27,194 nucleotides of DNA, taken from Cyanobacteriota bacterium (GTDB lineage: Bacteria; Cyanobacteriota; Cyanobacteriia; Cyanobacteriales; Nostocaceae). The position numbers were made by a program, and so were the translations under genes. The notes beneath the pieces are model-generated. The model saw only the letters and a list, made by a program, of their open reading frames with translations, did no database searches and was not told the origin of the DNA. The stretch is from NCBI GenBank assembly GCA_046045965.1, contig JBJOKS010000044.1, positions 1 through 27,194 of the forward strand, in the 5' to 3' direction. Shown here piece after piece: positions 1 through 9,683 of this stretch. Within the stretch, counting starts at the first letter, position 1; the number at the start of each line of letters is the position of its first letter.

Positions 1-180
1 TTTCTATCGCCAGAATTCGTTAGTTGAATTTCTTTGACGAGGAATGGTCGTCTTTATTCTTTCAAAGTATTATCTTGTCTCGGTTCAGTTGTGTGGGCTT
101 CGTTTGCCTCACCTCATTTAATATAGCCGACCTCTCTAGGAATGTCAACTACTTTTTCAAAAATTTTTTGTTTTTTTTGA
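1..180 (-). promoter_or_regulatory. Strong sigma70-type promoter and leader, probably of an rRNA (rrn) operon that begins left of the window
   Basis: Minus strand reads TTGACA (148-143), a 17-bp spacer and TATATT (125-120), preceded by A-tract/UP-like DNA (151-180). Downstream is a boxA-like GAACCGAGACAA (86-75) in a leader that resembles Nostocales 16S leaders from memory. The 16S gene itself is not in the window. Confidence 0.75.
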
Positions 181-306
181 TAAAGGTTGAAACCCTTGCA
201 GGAAAAGGATTTGGCAAATAAGTTTGATTGTTCCAGAGGTGGTTAGTTTCTATGGGACTGCAAAGACATAACTTCCAGAAAAATTTCTGGTTGTGCTGCT
301 ATCAAG

Positions 307-333
307 GACGGGCAGGATACCCATCCCACAAGA
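307..333 (-). repeat. REP-like short palindromic repeat (GTGG-headed hairpin)
   Basis: Minus strand GTGGGATGGGTATCCTGCCCGTC; a near-identical copy lies at 2972-2994 (GTGGGGTGGGCATCCTGCCCGCC). Confidence 0.65.
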
Positions 334-459
334 TGGGGGAATATATAGTAGCTGCCTACAGCCTATTTGGTGCAACACTCAGCAATATTTGCTTTTTGGG
401 TCTCTTGTTCTGGTCTAAGTCGCTAGAATCGAAGTGTTTAACCTATCTACTGTCAGGTT

Positions 460-828
460 TTGGCTACTTTATCTTGTCCTCGTTGTCATCAACTTATTAA
501 TAGTCAGGCTATCACTTGTCCCCATTGCCGGATAACGCTGAAAGCTTTTGGACATCCAGGGATTCCTTTGCATAGCGCGGTTGGTAATGAATATCTGTGT
601 GAAACCTGTGTTTATCATCAAGATGATAGCTGTAATTTTCCCAAACGCCCTTATGCTCAAGATTGTACTCTTTATCAAAATTTGGAAGAGAGTCAGTTAG
701 AACTGGAAAAGCAGACTAATAATAGTGGTTTGAGTACAAATATTAAAAGCTGGCTTAAACGAAATCAGGGTCTAGTGCTGCTAATAGCTATATTATTTGT
801 CTGTTTGTTAATTTCTCTGACCACCTAA
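460..828 (+). CDS. Zinc-ribbon (Cys-rich) protein with C-terminal membrane anchor
   Basis: CPRC, CPHC and CETC motifs plus further Cys (DDSC, QDC); hydrophobic C-terminal helix GLVLLIAILFVCLLISL; TTG start. Confidence 0.8.
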   Translation: MATLSCPRCHQLINSQAITCPHCRITLKAFGHPGIPLHSAVGNEYLCETCVYHQDDSCNFPKRPYAQDCTLYQNLEESQLELEKQTNNSGLSTNIKSWLKRNQGLVLLIAILFVCLLISLTT

Positions 829-844
829 GTAATATGGTTAAGCA

Positions 845-2791
845 TTAAACCGTGGTTACTTCAGATGTATCAGCAGTAGTTTCCAGCAGTGCAGGTGCAG
901 CTTCTTCATCAAATATGGCTAAGTCGAACCAGAAAGTTGTACCCACACCAACTTCACTGACTAAATGTACTTGACTGTGATGCCTTTCTATAATGTTTCT
1001 GACAATGGATAGACCTAAACCTGTACCTTCAAGGGTGTGAACTCGATTTTCTACCCGGAAGAAGCGGTCAAATATTGCCTGTTGGTCTTCTGGGGCGATA
1101 CCTATACCTGTATCACTAATTTCAATCCTGATTAGGGGATGCTTTTGTTCTGATATGGGAGGGTTTAGCTGGTAGGCGCGAATGGCTACTTTACCCCCTG
1201 CGGAAGTGAATTTGAGAGCGTTACCGATTAAATTACCAAAAACTTGCAGTAATAAATCATAATTACCCATTACTAGGGGTAAATTCGGGGCTACTTCTTG
1301 AACCAGTTCAATTCCTTTATCTTTGGCGTTTAGTTGGTAAGTACGTAAGGTCTGCTCTAATGCTTGTGCTAAATCAACTCCGTCAAAGTTGTAAGTGCGA
1401 CCGGATTCTAGTTTTGACAAATCTAATACATCGTTAACTAGGCGGGTAAGTCTGTCGGTTTCATGATTGACAGTTGCGAGAAATTCGCGGCGTTCTTCTG
1501 CTCCTAAGTCTTCACCGTAGTCATGGAGTGTTTCTATATAAGTCTTGATGTTAAATAAGGGTGTACGTAGTTCGTGAGAAATATTGCTGATAAATTGGCT
1601 TTTGGCTTCATTTAGTTCTACTTCACGGGTGATATCTTGCACTGTAATGGCGATACCTTTAATACTTTCCCGTTGCAGGTTGAGAACTGTGGTTAAAAGA
1701 ATACGGATGGTGCGTTTGGTGGGTTGGTTAAGGGGGATGCGGAACTCTGCACTTTCACATTCTCCCGCTGCCATTTCGTATAAGGTGCGGGTAATTTCCA
1801 TTTGTACGCTTTGGGGTAAGTTATGCAGTACATTTTTACCTACAACATCAACCCCTTCCCAGGCAAAAATGCGCCTTGCTGTGGGGTTGACTAAAATTAC
1901 CTGCATATTGTTGTCAATTAATACTGCACCATCGGCAATGGTGGAAACCAGGGTTTCTAATTTGGCTTTTTCGGCGGTTAATTCTTCTATGTTTTGTTCT
2001 TCGTAGCGTTCTAGACGCTCTGCCATTTCATTAAAGCTGAAAATAAGCTCTCCTAGTTCTCCTCCCAATGGTAAGTCAATTCGCTGTTTAAAATTCCCGG
2101 CGGCAATTTGTTTAACGCCTACTAATAGTTCTTTGATTGGCTTGGTAATGGTTAAAGCGTTAATCACTCCTGCCAAAATCACCATCACCCAAATTGTGAT
2201 AAAGACGGCGATGGTGACATCACGGGTAAAATTGGAGGATATGACTGCTGTGGGGTTGGGGTTAATGCCAATGGCCAACACGCCTAAATATTTTTGATTC
2301 TCTATTAAGGGAATAAATACATCTGTGACTAAACCATCTGGGGTGTTATGTTGGCGTACCATTGGCTGGTCATTATCACCAGGATAATCTTCTGGTAGTT
2401 GTATTTTGCGCTTGATGGTGAGGGAGTTTTCTACTTCGGGTTCCCAAAAAGGAATACCAAAAAAGATTTTCCCGGTTTCATCAGCGTAAAGCATATACCG
2501 CACGCTAGATGTGCTGCTGTAGAAACGTTGGGAAAATTGGGCTACTTCTGTGAGATTGTTTTCTGCGATGAGTGGGGTAACGTTAGAAGCTAGTAGTAGT
2601 CCCAGGTCACGACCAAAACGGGTGTCATTCAAACGTGCATCTTGCTGAATTGTGTTTACTGCCCAAAAAGTTAGGCCACTCATAAACAAGGATACAACTA
2701 GAGTGGCGACTGCTAGGAGTTTGGTTTGGAGGGTAAATTCGTACCACCAATGGCTAATGACGTTGCGGATTGTTGTGAAAAAAGCCAGCAT
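845..2791 (-). CDS. nblS: Two-component sensor histidine kinase NblS/Hik33/DspA
   Basis: Two TM helices, HAMP, PAS, HisKA (ISHELRTPL) and HATPase (NALKF, DTGIGI, GTGLGL) domains. The N-terminus (EFTLQTKLLAVATLVVSL) and RVENRVHTLEGTGLGL are characteristic of Hik33. Confidence 0.93.
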   Translation of the reverse strand: MLAFFTTIRNVISHWWYEFTLQTKLLAVATLVVSLFMSGLTFWAVNTIQQDARLNDTRFGRDLGLLLASNVTPLIAENNLTEVAQFSQRFYSSTSSVRYMLYADETGKIFFGIPFWEPEVENSLTIKRKIQLPEDYPGDNDQPMVRQHNTPDGLVTDVFIPLIENQKYLGVLAIGINPNPTAVISSNFTRDVTIAVFITIWVMVILAGVINALTITKPIKELLVGVKQIAAGNFKQRIDLPLGGELGELIFSFNEMAERLERYEEQNIEELTAEKAKLETLVSTIADGAVLIDNNMQVILVNPTARRIFAWEGVDVVGKNVLHNLPQSVQMEITRTLYEMAAGECESAEFRIPLNQPTKRTIRILLTTVLNLQRESIKGIAITVQDITREVELNEAKSQFISNISHELRTPLFNIKTYIETLHDYGEDLGAEERREFLATVNHETDRLTRLVNDVLDLSKLESGRTYNFDGVDLAQALEQTLRTYQLNAKDKGIELVQEVAPNLPLVMGNYDLLLQVFGNLIGNALKFTSAGGKVAIRAYQLNPPISEQKHPLIRIEISDTGIGIAPEDQQAIFDRFFRVENRVHTLEGTGLGLSIVRNIIERHHSQVHLVSEVGVGTTFWFDLAIFDEEAAPALLETTADTSEVTTV

Positions 2792-2938
2792 CTTAAATAT
2801 ATTTATATATAGCTGTTAGTAGTTGTTGGTTTTCTGCCCCAACCATTTAAAAATTAACAGTTAATTCCCAAAAGGTGTTAGGGAGAAATTGAGAAGATGG
2901 AATGGTGGGGAGATGGAAAACCTACTAACCTGCTAAAT

Positions 2939-3052
2939 TACAGTCCATTTTATCTGAATCAGGTACACAAAGGCGGGCAGGATGCCCACCCCACAGGATT
3001 TATTATATTAATATGTTAATGTGTGTACTTCATTTACCTGCTAAGTGCTGTA
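2939..3052. mobile_element. 114-bp MITE/REPIN-like element with imperfect terminal inverted repeats and an internal REP-like hairpin
   Basis: Ends are TACAG...GTACACA and TGTGTAC...CTGTA, with TA at both termini. Internal REP-like hairpin at 2972-2994. The element abuts the purD stop codon. Confidence 0.6.
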
Positions 3053-4336
3053 TCACTCTGTTTTCAGGACGCGATGACCGATATCTCGACGGTAGTAAAT
3101 TCCTGAAAATTGAATGTGTTTGATACCAGCATAAGCTTGGGCGATCGCCTGTGGGAAATTTTCTCCCAGTCCAGTAATATTTAAAACTCTACCACCGTCT
3201 GTGACGATTTGCTGGTCTGAGTTCAGCTTTGTGCCAGCATGAAATACTATTGCTCCTGCTGTTTGTGCTTCTTCAATACCAGTGATGATTTTACCTTTTT
3301 CATAATCTCCAGGATAACCCCCTGAAGCGGCGACTACTGTAGCTGCTGCACCTGGTTTCCAAGCTAGAGGTGGCATTTCTCCTAAACGCTGCTGGATACA
3401 AGCTAAGATTAAATCTTCTAAGGGTGTTTCTAACAAAGGTAAAATTACCTGTGTTTCGGGATCACCAAAGCGACAGTTAAATTCTAAAACGCTAAAGTCG
3501 CCATTGTCTGCAACCATTAAACCAGCGTACAAAACTCCCCGGTAGTCAATACCTCTGTTTCTTAAAGCTGTGATGGTTCTTTCTAAAACTTCTGTTTGCA
3601 CACGCGCCATTAATTCCGGTGTGGCGATGGGTGTAGGGGTATAAACTCCCATACCTCCAGTATTTTCTCCGGTGTCGCCTTCGCCAATGCGCTTATGATC
3701 TTGAGCAGGTAACAAGGGGCGAATGGTTAACCCGTCTGTTAATGCTAAAACCGAAACTTCTTGACCTAACAAGCATTCTTCAATGACGACAAAATTACCT
3801 GCACTGCCAAACTGTCCCTGAAAAATGGCATCTATGGCGGTTTCTGCTTGTTCAACGGTTTGGGCTACTATGACACCTTTACCAGCTGCTAAACCATCGG
3901 CTTTAATAACAATTGGCGCTCCCTGGGCTTGTACATAAGCTTTTGCTGCTGCTGCTTCTTGAAAAACTGCTGCTTTAGCTGTGGGGACTCCTGCCTCTTG
4001 CATTAATGCTTTAGCCCAAGCTTTACTGGCTTCAATTTGCGCTCCTGCTTTATTTGGACCAAATACCATTAGTCCTTGGGTTTGCAGATAGTCTGTAATA
4101 CCGTTTGCTAAAGGTACTTCTGGACCGACGACTACTAAAGAAATGCCATTTTCTAAAGCAAACTTGCCTATGCCTTCAAAGTCATTTACCGCTAAAGGCA
4201 AGTTTTGGCAATGTTCCATTGTTGCAGTACCGCCATTTCCAGGTACACAGACAACTTGCTCTATTTTATCTGATTGTAGCAGTTTCCACGCTAGAGCGTG
4301 TTCACGTCCCCCATTACCGACAACTAAAACTTTCAC
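3053..4336 (-). CDS. purD: Phosphoribosylamine--glycine ligase
   Basis: MKVLVVGNGGREHALAW, KADGLAAGKGV, QDHKR, NTGGMG, EFNCRFGDPETQ and YYRRDIG motifs. Confidence 0.98.
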   Translation of the reverse strand: MKVLVVGNGGREHALAWKLLQSDKIEQVVCVPGNGGTATMEHCQNLPLAVNDFEGIGKFALENGISLVVVGPEVPLANGITDYLQTQGLMVFGPNKAGAQIEASKAWAKALMQEAGVPTAKAAVFQEAAAAKAYVQAQGAPIVIKADGLAAGKGVIVAQTVEQAETAIDAIFQGQFGSAGNFVVIEECLLGQEVSVLALTDGLTIRPLLPAQDHKRIGEGDTGENTGGMGVYTPTPIATPELMARVQTEVLERTITALRNRGIDYRGVLYAGLMVADNGDFSVLEFNCRFGDPETQVILPLLETPLEDLILACIQQRLGEMPPLAWKPGAAATVVAASGGYPGDYEKGKIITGIEEAQTAGAIVFHAGTKLNSDQQIVTDGGRVLNITGLGENFPQAIAQAYAGIKHIQFSGIYYRRDIGHRVLKTE

Positions 4337-4633
4337 TTATTTCCTCGTGCGTTCCTGTCAAAATGCGAATACTATAAAGCTACTCGCAGATTAATTTTTT
4401 CACTATTTATCCTAATAATCAAGGTCTGAACGGGAAAGGGCAAACGAGAAACACTTATTTAGTAAGTCAAATTCATCACGATCTACTAAAATTGTCAACA
4501 AACTATAAAGTTTTGTGGTTTTTTAGTAAAAAGAAAATGTCTAGTTAAAAATTTAGCACAACTTAGCATAACTTATTAATTGTTAGGATGACGTTGATAA
4601 TAAAAATTATAAACATTTCAAAGAATCAGGAAC

Positions 4634-5584
4634 ATGACTAAAATTATCGTTACTGGGGCTGCTGGGTTTATAGGTTCTCACCTAGTCAATACCTTATTGC
4701 AACAGGGAGAAGAGGTAATTGGCATTGATGAATTTAATGATTATTATGATCCTCTGTTCAAACGAAAAAATATTGCCAACTTTGAAAATTCACCAAATTT
4801 TACTTTGGTAGAAGGGGATATTCAATTTTTAGATTTGCCTAAACTTTTTCAAGATGTGGAAATAGTATATCATCAGGCAGCACAAGCTGGGGTGAGAAAT
4901 TCCTGGGGTCAGGGTTTTCGGGCTTATACGGAACGGAATATTAACACTACACAGGTTTTGTTAGAAGCTGCTAAGGATGCTCCCCACCTGAAAAGGCTAG
5001 TATTTGCCTCAACATCAAGTGTATATGGTGATGCGGAAACTTTACCAACTCATGAGGAAATTCCTCCTAAACCAGTTTCACCCTATGGTATTACTAAGTT
5101 AGCGGCTGAAAGGTTGTGTGGACTATATCATAAAAATTTTGGTGTGCCTTTTGTTTCTTTGCGGTATTTTACTGTTTATGGTCCAAGACAAAGACCAGAT
5201 ATGGCATTTCATAAGTTTTTTAAAGCGGTTTTGCAGGATGAGGCTATTCCTGTTTATGGTGATGGACAGCAAACGCGAGATTTTACATTTGTCAGTGATG
5301 CGGTTGCTGCTAACTTAGCTGCTGCTACTGCACCGGAAGCGGTGGGAGAAATTTTTAATATTGGTGGTGGTAGTAGGGTGGTTTTAACTGAGATTTTGGA
5401 TACGATGGAAGAAATTGTTGGTAAGCCTATTAAACGCAACCATATTGAAAAGGCTATGGGTGATGCGCGTCATACTGCTGCTGATGTTTCTAAGGCGCGA
5501 AAAATTCTTGGTTATTGTCCACAGGTTTCTTTGAGGGAGGGTTTAACAAAAGAATGGGAGTGGGTTAAGTCGTTGTATTTGTAG
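4634..5584 (+). CDS. NAD-dependent nucleotide-sugar epimerase/dehydratase (extended SDR; UDP-glucuronate/UDP-glucose 4-epimerase-like)
   Basis: TGAAGFIG Rossmann motif, AAQAGVR, catalytic YGITK (YxxxK), LRYFTVYGPRQRPDMA. Confidence 0.92.
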   Translation: MTKIIVTGAAGFIGSHLVNTLLQQGEEVIGIDEFNDYYDPLFKRKNIANFENSPNFTLVEGDIQFLDLPKLFQDVEIVYHQAAQAGVRNSWGQGFRAYTERNINTTQVLLEAAKDAPHLKRLVFASTSSVYGDAETLPTHEEIPPKPVSPYGITKLAAERLCGLYHKNFGVPFVSLRYFTVYGPRQRPDMAFHKFFKAVLQDEAIPVYGDGQQTRDFTFVSDAVAANLAAATAPEAVGEIFNIGGGSRVVLTEILDTMEEIVGKPIKRNHIEKAMGDARHTAADVSKARKILGYCPQVSLREGLTKEWEWVKSLYL

Positions 5585-5591
5585 TTGTTGA

Positions 5592-5631
5592 TCCCCCCAA
5601 CCCCCCTTAAAAAGGGGGGCTTTTAATTTTT
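5592..5631 (+). terminator. Palindromic dispersed repeat that probably acts as a terminator between convergent genes
   Basis: CCCCCCTT-AAA-AAGGGGGG hairpin (5601-5619) followed by a T-rich tail, 16 bp after the epimerase stop codon. Confidence 0.6.
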
Positions 5632-5639
5632 AGTTTTCA

Positions 5640-8600
5640 TTATTCCCATTGTTGAAATTTCTCGATGCTACTGCGAAGTAATGAAGTAATTTGAGTGCGT
5701 CGGGTTTCAAAGTTGGCTGCTATGTAAATTAAAAGAATGCCTACTAATAAGCCAATTATCCATTTTAAGAAGGAGTAACTGAAGCTGAAAATTACTAATT
5801 GATAAATGCTGGTAGTGATAAAAGTGGCAGTACCAACATAAAGGAAGGCACGTATTTTTAAAGCTAGTCCGGCAAAAATAGCAATGAGGCTAAAAATACC
5901 GGGTATGTAAGGTAAATGTTGATAAAATAATATTGTCCAACCACACATTAAGCTACTACCAATAGTTCTGATAAAATGACGTAGTTGTTTAAATTCCTGT
6001 GGTTTTAATTGTGGGTCTATTTGGGCAATATATAATATTGATAAGCTAATGAGTGTGATGTACCATAAGCTATCTGTGAGGTTTAATTGCATGAACCAGT
6101 TAAATAATGCCCAATTTATTAAGACTACACTAATGTAGGTCAAGCGAACTTGTCTGGTTATTTTGGCTAGGAATATATAGTAGAAAGCAGCAATAATTAA
6201 GGTAAGAGGATAAATTTGTTGTTGGGTGATTCCGATGATGATTAATGGTAGGATGTATGATGTACGTTGCCACGGTGTTTTTGACCAACCTAAATTTTCC
6301 CAAGGTGTGATGTAGAGGAAGTAGGAAAAGATGCAAGCTAAAGCACCGTTCCAAGGTGTTAATTGTTGAGTTAAATAGCTACCTATTGGTAAAGTTTGTA
6401 GATAAATACCTGTTATTCCTGCTGTTAATAAACCCAAATAAACCCAAATTTCATCTTTACTGATATTGCTAACATTCTGTACAGGTTGATGGAAATTATT
6501 TCGTCTTCCTTGCCATATTCCATAGCGGGTTAAAAATATTCCTGTTCCTATAGCTGCATACAGGTTAATTTCTATGGGAACTGTGACAGCAGCTAATAAT
6601 AAAATGCTACTCCAAAACCAATGTAAATGGGCAATATTTTTTAATTCTCCTGGTGTGAGAAGAAAGTAATTTATTAACCAAGGGGAAAGGATACGGTAAG
6701 CGTACATGATGCTAGTTCCTAATGCTGACATGGCTATTAAACCATCTCCTATTTCTCCTCCTGTACTTTGAGACATTTGATAAAATAGCAGTTCATAGGC
6801 AGAAATTGAGATACCAATAATGCCAAAATAAAGTAATGGTTTAAATTCTTCTCTTCTCCGTCCTATACCAACTAAAATTAAGGCTATCCCTAAACTATAT
6901 AAACCTGTCCAGTCCGTAAAGGTATTGAACCTTAACAAAACACTAAATGCACCATAAATGATAGGTAAAATGTGGAAACTTTGAGGTAGAGTTTGATATT
7001 GTGCTTGATATTTTCTGCGCCACCATTCTCCGAATAATTGAGTTATTAAACCCAAGGCAATATTAGCAATTCCTATTTTAATAATTGATGGTTCGCCAAA
7101 ACCTAAAATTTCCGCAATTAACAATTCTAAACACCAACCAATGCTATAAAACGCCCAGTTTGTTGGTTGTTGATAAGTACGATAAATAATGGCAGCTAAA
7201 GTTATTGATGTAGCTAAGAAGTAGAAAATTTCGGCATTGCTATTTCCTGTATAAACAAGAAATGAATGTAAGGTAATTCCTATCAATTCTATGGTAGATA
7301 GTGTAATAGCCCATTTATCACTTGCTGCTGCATAAATAAGGGTTAATTCCGTATTCTTTTTTAAAAGTACAGTACGGCTTAACCATACAGTAAAGACAGT
7401 AAAACCACCAACTAAAAACCAAACTGATAAGGCTAAATTTGGTATATTCCACAATAATGAACCAATAAAACTCAGTCCAAACCCAATGGTTAAAGCAGCA
7501 ATTTCTTGTTTTCTTAAATAGCGGGTATTGACAAACATCACACCAGCCGCTACACCCAAACCAATTAATCTTATTTCTGTTAAAGGTAAAGTTAAAAATT
7601 GGGCAGTTATGACAGATAAAATACTCAAAAAAGTATTAACAGTGCGATGTTGTTCATCATGAGTACGAATAGCTAAACCTGTAAGTGCTAAAGGTGTAAT
7701 TAACCAAATAATTCCCCAATTGTTATAAGATGATGATTGGATATTGACAAACAACAAAGAAAAACTCAAGGTAGCAAGTGCTAAACCAATATACCAAGCA
7801 CTGCGTTTCCAAATTCCTACACCGAGACTAAATACCCATTCCGCAACCATGACAGTTAACAAAATTGCTGCCCAAATTTCTTTACTTAAATTTGGTGATA
7901 CCCAATTAATAGCAGAAAAACCTGTTAAAATTCCTGTGGTGTGAGTTAAATAAACCAAATAAGAAAAAGACGCATAACGTTTAGTAACGATGGTTAAAGT
8001 AATGGTAGAAAATAAAAGATTGAGTGTTAATAAGGTAGAATTGACTAAAGCAAACATTGTCAAGCAAACCCCTAATAATAGGGTTAGCCGTTTAGCAAAA
8101 ATTGCTAATTCTTCTTTTTCCTCATGATGCAATTTTTCTGAGAAAACTAACATCAATATTAAATAAGGGAATAACGCAATACTCAATAATGCTAAAGGTT
8201 GATTTTGGGAATTAGTGAGATAAGTTGTTGTATTAATGATAAATTGCTGTAATGCTTCTGGTACTATCCGCCAACCTAACCAAGTTGTTTGTAAGCCAAT
8301 AAAGAAAATAGCTGTGAAGTCAATTTTTGAATTACGAATTTGTAAACGTTGACTAAAAACCCATAAACTTAAACTACTGATAATTATTGCTTGTTCTGGT
8401 TGGGTGAAGACTGAAACTAACCAACCTAAAAATAATAAAATTCCCCCTATTTTTTGCCAAATAGCAGCAATAGAAGGGGTAAAAGTGATATTTTTAGCTG
8501 ATAACCAAACTGCTAACCAACCACAAATACCAATTGCTAAACCTAACTGAGTAACATTGACACCAGCAACAAAAATCGCTCTAAATAATAATCCTAATAA

Positions 8601-9503
8601 ACCATAAATAATGACTGCAAAATAAATTCCTACTCCCCAGTTATCATCCTGTGAATGATCCTGTGTATTGGTATTTTCTCTTGGTTGTTTGAGTTGTTGA
8701 TAAACTGTAATTAAGGTTGTACCTACCATTGCTATATAAACAGCTATTAGGGGAAAACCTGATATTTTCCAACCCCAATGTAAATAACTCAAACCAAGAA
8801 TATTTAAAAATGGTAATTTCCCAGATGGTAAGTTATTAATAATTGTGCGATTTTTAGCAAGTAAAACTGTAATTGTTGATAGAAATAGAGAAGCAATAGC
8901 TAATACTAGCCAATTAATAGGATTATTCCATAAATTGAAGCTATCCATTGCCCAAAAATTCACAGGCACTAATAACCAAGTGACAATTAATAATGTCTGT
9001 GCTGTTAATTTTAAATTGTCTTGTTTACCTGCCCAAAAAGTAAAACCACCAAATGTTAAAGTATAAGCTAATAAAACTCCATATTGTCCAATGGCGGGAA
9101 ATTTTTCCCATTGACTTGCTGCTAATACACCAGAAGATAAAACTACTAAAAATACTCCTAAAAATAATAACCATCTCACACTTAATTCTTCACCTAATGA
9201 TTGCAACATCGAAGTGATAAAATTAGGTTGAGGTGGTGTTTGTGGTTCTAAGGGTAAGGTGGCAATTAATGGTTTTGATATATTATAATTTGTCAATACT
9301 TCTTGCGGCTGATATTCTAATTGTGGTTGTAATTCTGCTTGCAAAATTACGGCACAAACTAGATAAGTTTGACATATTTGTCTAACTTTAGCATCAGATA
9401 TTAAACCCAGACGCAACCAAATATCTAAACCTTCTAATAACTGAGGATGGGAGGAAGGTATTCTCAGTTCAATTTTTAGGAGAGGATCACGGGATGAGGA
9501 CAT
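5640..9503 (-). CDS. Very large polytopic membrane protein, DUF2157-like
   Basis: About 1287 aa from the ATG at 9503 (the ORF track extends to 9611, across a repeat). Dozens of hydrophobic segments; the N-terminal EELSVRWLLFLGVFLVVLSSGVLAASQW resembles cyanobacterial DUF2157 proteins. Confidence 0.8.
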   Translation of the reverse strand: MSSSRDPLLKIELRIPSSHPQLLEGLDIWLRLGLISDAKVRQICQTYLVCAVILQAELQPQLEYQPQEVLTNYNISKPLIATLPLEPQTPPQPNFITSMLQSLGEELSVRWLLFLGVFLVVLSSGVLAASQWEKFPAIGQYGVLLAYTLTFGGFTFWAGKQDNLKLTAQTLLIVTWLLVPVNFWAMDSFNLWNNPINWLVLAIASLFLSTITVLLAKNRTIINNLPSGKLPFLNILGLSYLHWGWKISGFPLIAVYIAMVGTTLITVYQQLKQPRENTNTQDHSQDDNWGVGIYFAVIIYGLLGLLFRAIFVAGVNVTQLGLAIGICGWLAVWLSAKNITFTPSIAAIWQKIGGILLFLGWLVSVFTQPEQAIIISSLSLWVFSQRLQIRNSKIDFTAIFFIGLQTTWLGWRIVPEALQQFIINTTTYLTNSQNQPLALLSIALFPYLILMLVFSEKLHHEEKEELAIFAKRLTLLLGVCLTMFALVNSTLLTLNLLFSTITLTIVTKRYASFSYLVYLTHTTGILTGFSAINWVSPNLSKEIWAAILLTVMVAEWVFSLGVGIWKRSAWYIGLALATLSFSLLFVNIQSSSYNNWGIIWLITPLALTGLAIRTHDEQHRTVNTFLSILSVITAQFLTLPLTEIRLIGLGVAAGVMFVNTRYLRKQEIAALTIGFGLSFIGSLLWNIPNLALSVWFLVGGFTVFTVWLSRTVLLKKNTELTLIYAAASDKWAITLSTIELIGITLHSFLVYTGNSNAEIFYFLATSITLAAIIYRTYQQPTNWAFYSIGWCLELLIAEILGFGEPSIIKIGIANIALGLITQLFGEWWRRKYQAQYQTLPQSFHILPIIYGAFSVLLRFNTFTDWTGLYSLGIALILVGIGRRREEFKPLLYFGIIGISISAYELLFYQMSQSTGGEIGDGLIAMSALGTSIMYAYRILSPWLINYFLLTPGELKNIAHLHWFWSSILLLAAVTVPIEINLYAAIGTGIFLTRYGIWQGRRNNFHQPVQNVSNISKDEIWVYLGLLTAGITGIYLQTLPIGSYLTQQLTPWNGALACIFSYFLYITPWENLGWSKTPWQRTSYILPLIIIGITQQQIYPLTLIIAAFYYIFLAKITRQVRLTYISVVLINWALFNWFMQLNLTDSLWYITLISLSILYIAQIDPQLKPQEFKQLRHFIRTIGSSLMCGWTILFYQHLPYIPGIFSLIAIFAGLALKIRAFLYVGTATFITTSIYQLVIFSFSYSFLKWIIGLLVGILLIYIAANFETRRTQITSLLRSSIEKFQQWE

Positions 9504-9588
9504 AAGTTTCAACCGTATCAGTAGATACTTATATTTTGATTGTGATGCTACAATATTGTGGTGTTTATTGTGCCAGTTGTCAGAATAT

Positions 9589-9615
9589 CTCACGCAAAGC
9601 CGCAAAGACACAAAG
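9589..9615 (+). repeat. Short dispersed repeat of the CACGCAAAG/CGCAGAG type
   Basis: CTCACGCAAAGCCGCAAAGACACAAAG; a related copy lies on the minus strand at 14232-14252 (CTCACGCAGAGTCGCAAAGAG). Confidence 0.55.
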
Positions 9616-9683
9616 AAAAGTTAAGTTTTTTCGCTAAAAAGATAAGGTATGTTGTAGCCATTTGTGAAAACTGTCACTTGTTT

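Noticed and set aside
24..500. ORFs 24..221 and 228..500
   Set aside because: They overlap the rrn-type promoter and a REP-like repeat, use non-ATG starts and show no recognisable motifs.
9504..9683. N-terminal extensions of the DUF2157-like (to 9611) and DUF3592-like (from 9558) ORFs
   Set aside because: The extensions overlap each other and a dispersed repeat; internal ATGs are more plausible starts.
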